A stretch of 64,000 nt of DNA from IMG/VR virus record IMGVR_UViG_3300028534_000514, positions 64,001-128,000 of that record. One strand, 5' to 3'. This stretch comes from a virus (lineage: Duplodnaviria; Heunggongvirae; Uroviricota; Caudoviricetes). Each line of letters starts with the position of its first letter. Within the stretch, counting starts at the first letter, position 1. A model generated the notes under the pieces. It saw nothing but the letters and a program-made list of their open reading frames with translations. It made no database searches and was not told the origin of the DNA. Positions 56,255 to 64,000 of the stretch are shown here, piece after piece. The translations under genes were made by a program, and so were the position numbers.

Positions 56255-57043
56255 ATGTCAAAAATGATAAGAATTAAAAGAGGAACAGATGCCGCTCGCT
56301 CCAATCACCTATTGGCTTTAGGAGAATTATTATGGACTACTGATACAAATGTTCTTTGGATTGGTGATGGAATAACCCTCGGTGGAATCAAGGTTACTGC
56401 CTCCTCAGAAGTGGATTTTATTAGAAACTCAGAACGAGCAGTTGCAAATGGGGTAGCAACATTAAATGAAAATGGAAAAATTCCAGATGATCAATTGCCT
56501 CCTCTCTCATTAACAGAAACTTTCGTAGTTAATAGCGAGCTTGAGATGGTAAATTTAGATGCTCAGATGGGTGATGTTGCAATTAGAACGGATATTGACA
56601 AAACGTATATTAAAGGGAGTGGCACCACAGGTACCTCCTCTGATTGGATAGAACTATTAACAGCTGACGGTGTATCAAGCGTTAATGGCCAAACAGGTAA
56701 TGTTATTCTTGAACTAAATGATTTGGATAACGTTGATGATTCAGTTCCTAGCGATGGATTTTTGCTTCAATTCGATACTGGGCTTGGCAAATGGACAGTT
56801 GTATCTCCTGACAATATTGGACGCACAGAATTCGTTGCACTTGATGATACTCCGGCTGACTACACCAATTCAGACGGCTACCTTTTGCAGGTCGACGAGA
56901 CAAATAATCAAGTTATTTTTACGGACGTTATTGATGGTGGCACCTACCAAGGGACAACCTCTGCTATTAATAGAACCACTACAGTTTCAGCTAGTCGACG
57001 AGTGGCTACACCAAGACCAGTAAGAAGACCAAGACCCAGATAA
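56255..57043 (+). CDS. Tail fibre protein with an Mtd-N/hyaluronidase-N-type anchor
   Basis: IRIKRGT...LGELLWTTDT..LWIGDG; VANGVATL...GKIP..QLP; VSSVNGQTGNV. Confidence 0.8.
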   Translation: MSKMIRIKRGTDAARSNHLLALGELLWTTDTNVLWIGDGITLGGIKVTASSEVDFIRNSERAVANGVATLNENGKIPDDQLPPLSLTETFVVNSELEMVNLDAQMGDVAIRTDIDKTYIKGSGTTGTSSDWIELLTADGVSSVNGQTGNVILELNDLDNVDDSVPSDGFLLQFDTGLGKWTVVSPDNIGRTEFVALDDTPADYTNSDGYLLQVDETNNQVIFTDVIDGGTYQGTTSAINRTTTVSASRRVATPRPVRRPRPR

Positions 57044-57052
57044 AAAAAGAAA

Positions 57053-57105
57053 GATTATTTTCGAGCAATTGCTACTTTTGAGCAAAAGCTCGAAAATTTC
57101 CTGTG
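57053..57105. repeat. GAGCAATTGCT array, site G, folded into a TTCCTGTG-type hairpin
   Basis: GATTATTTTC-GAGCAATTGCTA-CTTTT-GAGCAAAAGCTC-GAAAATTTCCTGTG. Confidence 0.85.
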
Positions 57106-57119
57106 CCTTAATTTTTTTC

Positions 57120-57131
57120 AACAAAGAGTTA
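57120..57131 (+). promoter_or_regulatory. Putative late promoter AACA-N6-TA
   Basis: AACAaagagtTA. Confidence 0.55.
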
Positions 57132-57150
57132 CTTATATAAAGGAGAATTA

Positions 57151-60100
57151 ATGAGCAATACCAATAGTATACGGGCCTTGCAAGCTGTAAGTAAAATTAC
57201 AGGAGAAGAACAAGATTACCGTAATAAAATACTTGAAAATAAATTTCTCAAGACTCTAAATACAAATATGAAAGCTAAAGTTAGTATTCCACTCGGGATG
57301 AGTGCCGCTCGAGCTTTCTCCATGGCTAGTACCCATGCTGATAAAAATGGTGTATTATCTGCTGCTTCTCCATATGTTGGTAGTCTAATGGCCGGTTTGA
57401 TGCCTTTACAGGCAATGTCCGGTCTTATGCAAAATAAACAACGTCTATCCGAATTGGAAAAACAGAAAGCCGTTTTGAAAAATGCCCCTGATAAAGTTGG
57501 GATTGCGGATGCATTACATACAAGTGTTACCGGAGGAAAAGGATTTACCTCAGGTATGTCCAATTTATATATGGCCATGATGGCTGCGAGTGCTTTCTTG
57601 CCTGATAATGGATTAATAAGTGGTGCAGCTATGAGGAATGCCGCCTATATGCCGTATCTTGCTGGAGGTCTAACTAAATTTTCTAACCCATATGGTTTAT
57701 TATCTGCTGTACAAGGAGCTAAAGCATATTTTACTACAGGAGCGAACCCAATTACAGCCGGTATGGCCGGAGCAGCAAAAGTAACTGGTGGTTTAGCTGC
57801 TAGTGGTTTAACTGGTTTGGGAAATTTAACTGGTATTGGTGCACTCGGTAAAGCCGGCGCGGGATTAAATTCATTAATAGCAGGAGCCTCCCCTGGAGCA
57901 TTAATGGCTGCTGGTATCCCATTAGCAATGCTAGCACCAATGCTTACAAATAAGGTTGCGAATTATGTAAAGGAAAAAACAACTCCCAATAAGTTATTAA
58001 AAAGCGGCGCATCAATGAGACCGGTTATAACTCCATCAAGAGATGTCCAAAAACAATATGCACTTACACTTGGATTAGATAAGCAGATTGATTCTCAAGC
58101 ACAGCAAGGACATCTTGATTTTAAATGGTGGTCTCTTTTAAAAGGAGTGTTTGCCATCGAAAGACAAACCTCTCAATTAGGATTTCTTGTTGAATTCTTT
58201 CAAAAACATAAAGAAGGCAACCGTATATCTGCAAATATGGCACAGAATCATATTCAGGCGATGTTCGGACAAACAGGTTACCAAGAAAAAGATTTACCAC
58301 GCGGGTTTATTTCAGAAGAGGATAAATTTAAGGAAGAACTCCAGAACCATATGAAACCAATCCAATGGTTAAAACAAGCAAAATATGGTTTAAATAAAGG
58401 GGCTGCGAAATTTACAGATATTCTTGAAATAACTGGAAGTTTTTTAAATCCTATGGATTACATAGCTGGCGGTGAAAATAATCCATTTAGAAAATTAAAA
58501 AAGATGCAGGAAACTGATAAATTACGGGAATCTTTGCAAGCTATCTCGAAATTTACAGGAATATCAATGACTTTTATGGAAGTTCTTAATCAGCCGGTAA
58601 CTGCTCTTTTAAATAAAGGAAAAACGGCAGCTGATAAAACAATAACCGTTTTATCAGGAATCTATGAATTAACTCGTTTTAGTGCTTTTCAGCTAAAGGA
58701 TATAGCTTCTGCTCTCGGTGTTGATAGCAAAAAATCGTTTATGAATGTTGTAGCTACACTTATGGATAAAGCTGATGAAAAAACAGGGGAGTCAGAATAT
58801 CGTAAAACCTTTGCAGGAAAGACTTCCTCAATTATACAAGGTATTGGTGGTAGCCGTTTAGGGGCGCTCGGAACAAGCGCCCTTGGAGCAGCGGCATTTG
58901 GTCCATTAGGATTATTCGCCGGTATGTTTCCTGCTCTTTTAGCTGGGGAAATACACGAAAGAGAATCAGGAGAAGGGTTCTTCAAAAAATTTCAAGGTAA
59001 ATATAAAGGATTTAAAGAAAGTATTAATTCCTTGAATTTGCGGGAGATAATGAGTGTTGATACTACCCAGAAAAAGTTGGGTAAAGAACGAGAACTCGAA
59101 GAAGAAAATAATTATAAAATAAGAATGTATAATGATATACATCTTTTAGCAAAAAATTCAAAGCGCGTAGATGACGGCCTTTATATTAATTTTTCGACAC
59201 CATCCAAAATATTCATGAAGGATTTATTTAGCCCAAAAAATAAATTTTTCAAGGATGTCCTGGGATTACTTGATGGAATTGAAGAAAATACTGATTGGTT
59301 GGAAGAGGAGCTTATTCTTTTAAATAGATGTTGTTCATTCGGTACTGGATTTAGTGGTCGCCGACGTAAAGGAGCAGGGTATAAAAATAGGGGCAGACGA
59401 AGAACTTCAAGGGGAACCGATGTTGGATATATAAGTACTTCATCTAGTTCTGGAGTTAGACGAAGTACTGGAACAACATTGGGTAATGCACCGAAAGCAT
59501 CAATGGCTAAAAAAGCAAAATATTTTGCTACTAAAGGTGCTGGGCGTTTTGCGCTACCGGCGGGATTATCATATCTTGCCCTTCAAAATATTGATCTTAA
59601 TAGCAATGCCGTTGGTAATACTATAGATTCTGCTTTGACCGGAGCTATGACTGGAGCAATGATTGGCTCTATGATTCCTATTGTTGGTACCGCGGCTGGA
59701 GCAATTCTTGGGGCATTGGTTGCAGGAGGAGCTACCGGTTACACTAGTATGTATAATCCAAAAACATTGACTAATTCTGAAAAATTAAATAAAGTTTCAG
59801 AGCGTAATCGTAAAAATCGTCAAGCTCGTTATAAATCTAAATTTGAGCTAGATCACACGGATTTATTCCATGCATATGGTGACGAAGGAGATTATAAAAT
59901 TGATCCAACTACTGGAAGAGTTCTATTCTTCAAACGCAGTGGCGATATGGAAGTATACGATGTTAAAAGCGGTCGCGTTATTACCAATATTAGAAAAGAT
60001 GCGAAATCCTGGATGGCAAATAAAAAAACAAAAGCTAATGAATATATACAAGAAAAAGCGAAATATATATCCGGAGCTGGGGGAGACCCAACAAAAATCG

Positions 60101-60327
60101 ATACAAAAGAAGAAATCGAAATGTTATTGGCCAGCATTTCCAAAGACCAGGGACAAATAGCTCAAATGTCATTAGAACAACAAAACGCTATAATAGAAAT
60201 ATTAACCGGACTTATAAAAACTCACGCTGCAGGAGCTGACAAGTTAATACAATCCGTTGATAGATTACATATGACGGTTGCGTCTGGTAACAAACTTGGA
60301 TCAGAGGTAAAACCTGGTGGTAATTAG
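57151..60327 (+). CDS. Tape-measure-like or ejection protein
   Basis: 1058 aa, helical, several Gly/Ala-rich hydrophobic segments (GAMIGSMIPIVGTAAGAILG). Confidence 0.55.
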   Translation: MSNTNSIRALQAVSKITGEEQDYRNKILENKFLKTLNTNMKAKVSIPLGMSAARAFSMASTHADKNGVLSAASPYVGSLMAGLMPLQAMSGLMQNKQRLSELEKQKAVLKNAPDKVGIADALHTSVTGGKGFTSGMSNLYMAMMAASAFLPDNGLISGAAMRNAAYMPYLAGGLTKFSNPYGLLSAVQGAKAYFTTGANPITAGMAGAAKVTGGLAASGLTGLGNLTGIGALGKAGAGLNSLIAGASPGALMAAGIPLAMLAPMLTNKVANYVKEKTTPNKLLKSGASMRPVITPSRDVQKQYALTLGLDKQIDSQAQQGHLDFKWWSLLKGVFAIERQTSQLGFLVEFFQKHKEGNRISANMAQNHIQAMFGQTGYQEKDLPRGFISEEDKFKEELQNHMKPIQWLKQAKYGLNKGAAKFTDILEITGSFLNPMDYIAGGENNPFRKLKKMQETDKLRESLQAISKFTGISMTFMEVLNQPVTALLNKGKTAADKTITVLSGIYELTRFSAFQLKDIASALGVDSKKSFMNVVATLMDKADEKTGESEYRKTFAGKTSSIIQGIGGSRLGALGTSALGAAAFGPLGLFAGMFPALLAGEIHERESGEGFFKKFQGKYKGFKESINSLNLREIMSVDTTQKKLGKERELEEENNYKIRMYNDIHLLAKNSKRVDDGLYINFSTPSKIFMKDLFSPKNKFFKDVLGLLDGIEENTDWLEEELILLNRCCSFGTGFSGRRRKGAGYKNRGRRRTSRGTDVGYISTSSSSGVRRSTGTTLGNAPKASMAKKAKYFATKGAGRFALPAGLSYLALQNIDLNSNAVGNTIDSALTGAMTGAMIGSMIPIVGTAAGAILGALVAGGATGYTSMYNPKTLTNSEKLNKVSERNRKNRQARYKSKFELDHTDLFHAYGDEGDYKIDPTTGRVLFFKRSGDMEVYDVKSGRVITNIRKDAKSWMANKKTKANEYIQEKAKYISGAGGDPTKIDTKEEIEMLLASISKDQGQIAQMSLEQQNAIIEILTGLIKTHAAGADKLIQSVDRLHMTVASGNKLGSEVKPGGN

Positions 60328-60352
60328 ATAATAAATTTTAAAGGAAATATTC

Positions 60353-61441
60353 ATGATTGTTCCAAGTAGAACAGCTATAATCGGGAGAATACCCGGTTAT
60401 AATAAAAATATTGATGCTAGTGGAAATTTTGCAAAAGAGTTATTAAAAGGACTTACGGTTATTGATTTAAGACCGATGACTTATACATTTGGTGACGATC
60501 TAAAAAATGAATCAATATCCAGTTTTTTTTCGAGTCTGCCTGATATGTTAAATAATACAGGATTATTTAAACAAGATGATAAAATATCGAAAAAAATATT
60601 TCACCAGATATTAAGACGCATGAGGGATGGATTCGGTTTAAATAACCAGTTTGCTGAAGTTGATATGATTAGAATTCTAGCTGCTAATGATAGTACTTTT
60701 ACCGAAACTTTTTCAAATTCATATGGCGAAGAAAATGCGATAACATCAATTGCGGATTCCATTGCCTCAAAAGCAGGTAAAGTTTCTGCTTCTGTTAAAA
60801 TGATGCAGAAAGGTTTGAAGAGTTATAGCCACGCTGAAATGATTAATCTTGCAGGTAATATGGCCGCCGGTATTGGAGGTGCAACTGGAAAAGCTGCCAT
60901 TGGGGATATAATGGCTGGAGCTGCTTTTGGTATGGATATGGCGGTCCCATCAATGTGGAACGGTTCTAGTTATTCATCAAATTTAACAATTTTTATTAAA
61001 TTGGTTGCTCCAGTCGGTACCCCAGAATGTATTCAAAAGAACATATTAGAGCCGATTATGTATTTATTAGCAGCTAGCAGCCCATTAACCTATAATGGTA
61101 TTATGTATGGATTCCCGCTTTTATGGGACATTCAAGCACAAGGTATAACCAATTTTAGAATAGGCGGAATTCAAAATATGTCTTTGATAAGAGGTTCTTT
61201 CGAAACAACCTTTAACCATTTGCTTCAACCAACCGTTGTTGATGTAAGACTAACTTTGGTACCTTTGCTTAATGATTTTGCTGTACAGACAAATAGTTCG
61301 GCGAAGAGTATTTATGATAAAACCGAAAGAAAATATTTAGGCGTTCAGAATCCAGCGGATATTAATCAAGGTCTTATGAATGTCCATGATTATGGTGTAA
61401 AAATTAAAACAAACGATGATGTAAGAACTATAAAATTATAA
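60353..61441 (+). CDS. Probable tail or baseplate structural protein
   Basis: Follows the tape-measure-like gene; beta-rich C-terminal half. Confidence 0.45.
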   Translation: MIVPSRTAIIGRIPGYNKNIDASGNFAKELLKGLTVIDLRPMTYTFGDDLKNESISSFFSSLPDMLNNTGLFKQDDKISKKIFHQILRRMRDGFGLNNQFAEVDMIRILAANDSTFTETFSNSYGEENAITSIADSIASKAGKVSASVKMMQKGLKSYSHAEMINLAGNMAAGIGGATGKAAIGDIMAGAAFGMDMAVPSMWNGSSYSSNLTIFIKLVAPVGTPECIQKNILEPIMYLLAASSPLTYNGIMYGFPLLWDIQAQGITNFRIGGIQNMSLIRGSFETTFNHLLQPTVVDVRLTLVPLLNDFAVQTNSSAKSIYDKTERKYLGVQNPADINQGLMNVHDYGVKIKTNDDVRTIKL

Positions 61442-61460
61442 AATTTTAAAAGGAAATTAA

Positions 61461-61814
61461 ATGCAGCCTGAACTCTTCAAGGAGAAAGAAGAAACAGAGA
61501 TTGTCCAGAAGTCTTTGGACCCAGAAAATGGTTTAATTATAGAGGACGATAGTATTGATCTCAGTGTTCTTTATAAAGCGAAAGGAAAAACGCTTAAATT
61601 GAAAGCGTATAAAGAAGCTCATCAAAATAAAGAAAAACAATCAGATTTAAAAGAGATGGATGAAAATTTTAAACATGCCTCTGATAATTCATTAGACTCT
61701 TTAGAGATTAATGAAATTCCAGAGGTTATGGATGATTTTGCGGATATGATTGTTTCGATCGATGAGCTTATAGATCATCTTGATAATAGCGAGGAATATA
61801 TTGATGAACTTTGA
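61461..61814 (+). CDS. Hypothetical acidic protein
   Basis: RBS AAGGA. Confidence 0.6.
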   Translation: MQPELFKEKEETEIVQKSLDPENGLIIEDDSIDLSVLYKAKGKTLKLKAYKEAHQNKEKQSDLKEMDENFKHASDNSLDSLEINEIPEVMDDFADMIVSIDELIDHLDNSEEYIDEL

Positions 61815-62286
61815 GTTATTAATAATTATTTTATCTTCTATTTTATTTACATATTCAATATATATAACTATTGAAAATAGAATTTTAAAAAAAAGAATAA
61901 AAAAGATATTTATTGAACAGAAAGAAGATCAAAAAATAGATTTTCAATATTCCGCACAAGCAATGACTTTTCTTGATAAAATTATTAATGAGAAATTTAA
62001 ATTTCATTTATATACAAAGCTAATGCCGATTTATCTCGATAATCAAATACCTGAAAAAAAGACTATAAATGAAATTAAAGAAAAAATCTACGTTTCTGTA
62101 GTTGGAGGATTAACAACTGAAACAAAGAGGTCAATATTAAGTTTCTTTACTGAAAAAGGAATTGAAATTTATATACATGAAAAGATAATGATTTTAATGA
62201 ATGAGACCGATTTCCGTTCAACCGGTAAACTCAATGAAGCCTTTAAAAATATTAAAAGTAAAAATGTTGAACAACTAATACCATAG
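61780..62286 (+). CDS. Membrane-anchored hypothetical protein (start probably near 61804)
   Basis: N-terminal TM segment LLIIILSSILFTYSIYI. Confidence 0.6.
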   Translation: MIIARNILMNFELLIIILSSILFTYSIYITIENRILKKRIKKIFIEQKEDQKIDFQYSAQAMTFLDKIINEKFKFHLYTKLMPIYLDNQIPEKKTINEIKEKIYVSVVGGLTTETKRSILSFFTEKGIEIYIHEKIMILMNETDFRSTGKLNEAFKNIKSKNVEQLIP

Positions 62287-62325
62287 GGTAATAAAATATA
62301 CCAATCACAAAATAAGGAAATTATA

Positions 62326-64000
62326 ATGGCAAAAAAATTAATTAATGAAATGAGTTGGGGTGAAGAACCCGAGGTAGAGCAGACGGAGACTAATCCAGGG
62401 GAAATAGCAGCAAATGCTTTCGAAAATGTAGACTTTTTAAATAAATTGGATAAGCAGTTTGAAACGGTATATAAAAATGTTACACAATCAAACGCGGAAG
62501 ATCTGCAATTATTTAGTTCAAAAATGCAAAAGATGGAATTATCTAATTTTGCAAAGAGTATTACAAAAAAACTGAGTCCAGAAACAGACGAAACCCAAGA
62601 AAAAATTAATGAATTAATGAATTCAGGTCAAGATGATATTCTTAAAATTTTTGATGATATAGCGGCGCATGCCAATCGTAAAAAAATGTATGACACATAT
62701 CAAGAAATATCTAATATTAACTCAATTGCGTACAGAATGCTTCAAGTATATATTAATAATATTCTTGTAAAAAATGGTCAAACAAAAAACTTTTTAAATG
62801 TTAATGATAATGAGTATAATCCTTATGTTGCTGGTCTTGATGACGAGATTAAAGAAAATTTTAAAAAATTTATTAAGACCTTATTATTGTATTTTGATCT
62901 ACAGCAAAAAATGAAAAATAAAATCGTACCGGAAACTTTAAAACTTGGTGATTATTACATAGAGATTGTTGATTTGGCTCCAGTAGACGATATTTTGGAC
63001 AGCAAAATTAGTATTCTTCAAGAAAATGTTCAGTTTGATGATAAATTACATAGGGACGCAAGACTTGCCTATTTTGAAGATTGCACCAATCTTGGGAAAC
63101 ATATAGAGGAATCCTCATTTAAGCCTTCTGAATTTAATGATAAAATGGCAAAACTGTTACTGGGTAAAACCAACAATAGTTTTATTTTAGAAGAAGGAGA
63201 CGTCAATTTTTGGACAGATGTTATGAATGCTGATAAAAGTGGGGAAGGTTATGAAAGTTATAGAGAATTTGATATTGAAGATTTTCAATCACTAGATTTC
63301 AATGGAGTCGAGGATATATATCTTCGTCTTTTACCACCTACTAATGTCCTTAAAATTGAAAAAGATGGGAATCACTATGGTTATTTAATTATTGAAGATA
63401 TAGATGAAGCCATCGATCCAAATAATGAAATTGATATGTATCAACGATTTCTTCGCGATGATAATGATGGTTCAAGTTCAAGTCGAGGTGATAAAAAGAA
63501 ATATAGAGCCCAGGAAGAACAATTGGCGGATGCCTTAGTGACTAGTATAGCTAATAAATTAGCTGAAATTGTCTCTGCCGATAGCGGATTCCTTTCTGAG
63601 ATGCCAGATGAATTACAAACATCACTTCGTGTAATTGCCTATGAGAAAATTCGTAAAAAACAAAAACTAAAATTTAGATTTTTGCAGTCCGATAAACTTA
63701 TTAATTTTCATACAACTATAGATAAATATAGACCATATGGAACTTCAATCTTTGATCCAATAGTTCTTCCGGTTAAAATGTATACGATAGCAATGATGTC
63801 TTCTGTTATATCAAGATTATCAAGAGCATCAGTAATACGTAAATGGAATATTGAGGTAGGTACCAAAAGAAATTACCCAGAGATTGTTGAAAAAGTAAAA
63901 AAGGATTTACGTTCTAAATCAATAAGTTATGAAAATCTGAATTCGATTAGAAATATTTCTCAGGTTATGACAGATTTCAGAGACATAGCGATAGTATCTC
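62326..64000 (+). CDS. Portal protein (T4 gp20-like), truncated by the window end
   Basis: Open frame from ATG 62326 to the end; RKKMYDTY..I, PYGTSIFDP, SRLSRASVIRKWNIEVG parallels gp20 YR..RAPERR.F.IDVG. Confidence 0.7.
   Translation, partial: MAKKLINEMSWGEEPEVEQTETNPGEIAANAFENVDFLNKLDKQFETVYKNVTQSNAEDLQLFSSKMQKMELSNFAKSITKKLSPETDETQEKINELMNSGQDDILKIFDDIAAHANRKKMYDTYQEISNINSIAYRMLQVYINNILVKNGQTKNFLNVNDNEYNPYVAGLDDEIKENFKKFIKTLLLYFDLQQKMKNKIVPETLKLGDYYIEIVDLAPVDDILDSKISILQENVQFDDKLHRDARLAYFEDCTNLGKHIEESSFKPSEFNDKMAKLLLGKTNNSFILEEGDVNFWTDVMNADKSGEGYESYREFDIEDFQSLDFNGVEDIYLRLLPPTNVLKIEKDGNHYGYLIIEDIDEAIDPNNEIDMYQRFLRDDNDGSSSSRGDKKKYRAQEEQLADALVTSIANKLAEIVSADSGFLSEMPDELQTSLRVIAYEKIRKKQKLKFRFLQSDKLINFHTTIDKYRPYGTSIFDPIVLPVKMYTIAMMSSVISRLSRASVIRKWNIEVGTKRNYPEIVEKVKKDLRSKSISYENLNSIRNISQVMTDFRDIAIVS

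Noticed and set aside
51-57043. Diversity-generating retroelement acting on Mtd-like fibres
   Set aside because: No reverse transcriptase and no TR/VR pair differing only at adenines was seen in the window
7377-57105. GAGCAATTGCTC arrays as CRISPR repeats
   Set aside because: Spacers are only 5 bp, there are 2-3 units per site, and no cas genes are present
1-64000. Stop-codon recoding, integrase or IS elements
   Set aside because: Genes pack densely under the standard code with TAA, TAG and TGA all acting as stops, and no transposase or integrase motifs were recognised

Overview
This window is 64 kb of an AT-rich, very large (jumbo-type) tailed phage genome read with the standard code. Plus-strand blocks hold virion, lysis and packaging genes: RCC1-, YadA-, BspA/DUF285-, LamG- and collagen-type fibre proteins, a lysis cassette with endolysin and spanins, the terminase large subunit, a tape-measure-like gene and the start of a T4 gp20-like portal. 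They alternate with minus-strand blocks of small, probably early genes, which include a radical SAM enzyme, a methyltransferase, a MYG1 exonuclease, a dNMP kinase, a ParM-family actin and an SF2 helicase. An outer-membrane beta-barrel of the Sulfurovum/Sulfurimonas type and the spanins suggest a Gram-negative host, probably Campylobacterota (inference). A split RNA polymerase beta-prime-like gene and two recurrent promoter motifs resemble the transcription system of AR9/phiKZ-type phages. The most unusual signals are non-coding. (1) Seven dispersed arrays of a GAGCAATTGCTC palindrome with exact 17-bp periodicity, three of them inside unrelated genes, in a genome that also encodes a ParM actin and a ParR-like protein. 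(2) Every copy of the putative early promoter is followed by a GC-rich structured RNA, including a ~275-nt stand-alone RNA with two tRNA-elbow-like modules next to the terminase and a ~320-nt multi-hairpin RNA. (3) A family of near loop-less hairpins followed by a conserved TTCCTGT tail. All calls come from reading motifs by eye; no database searches were run.
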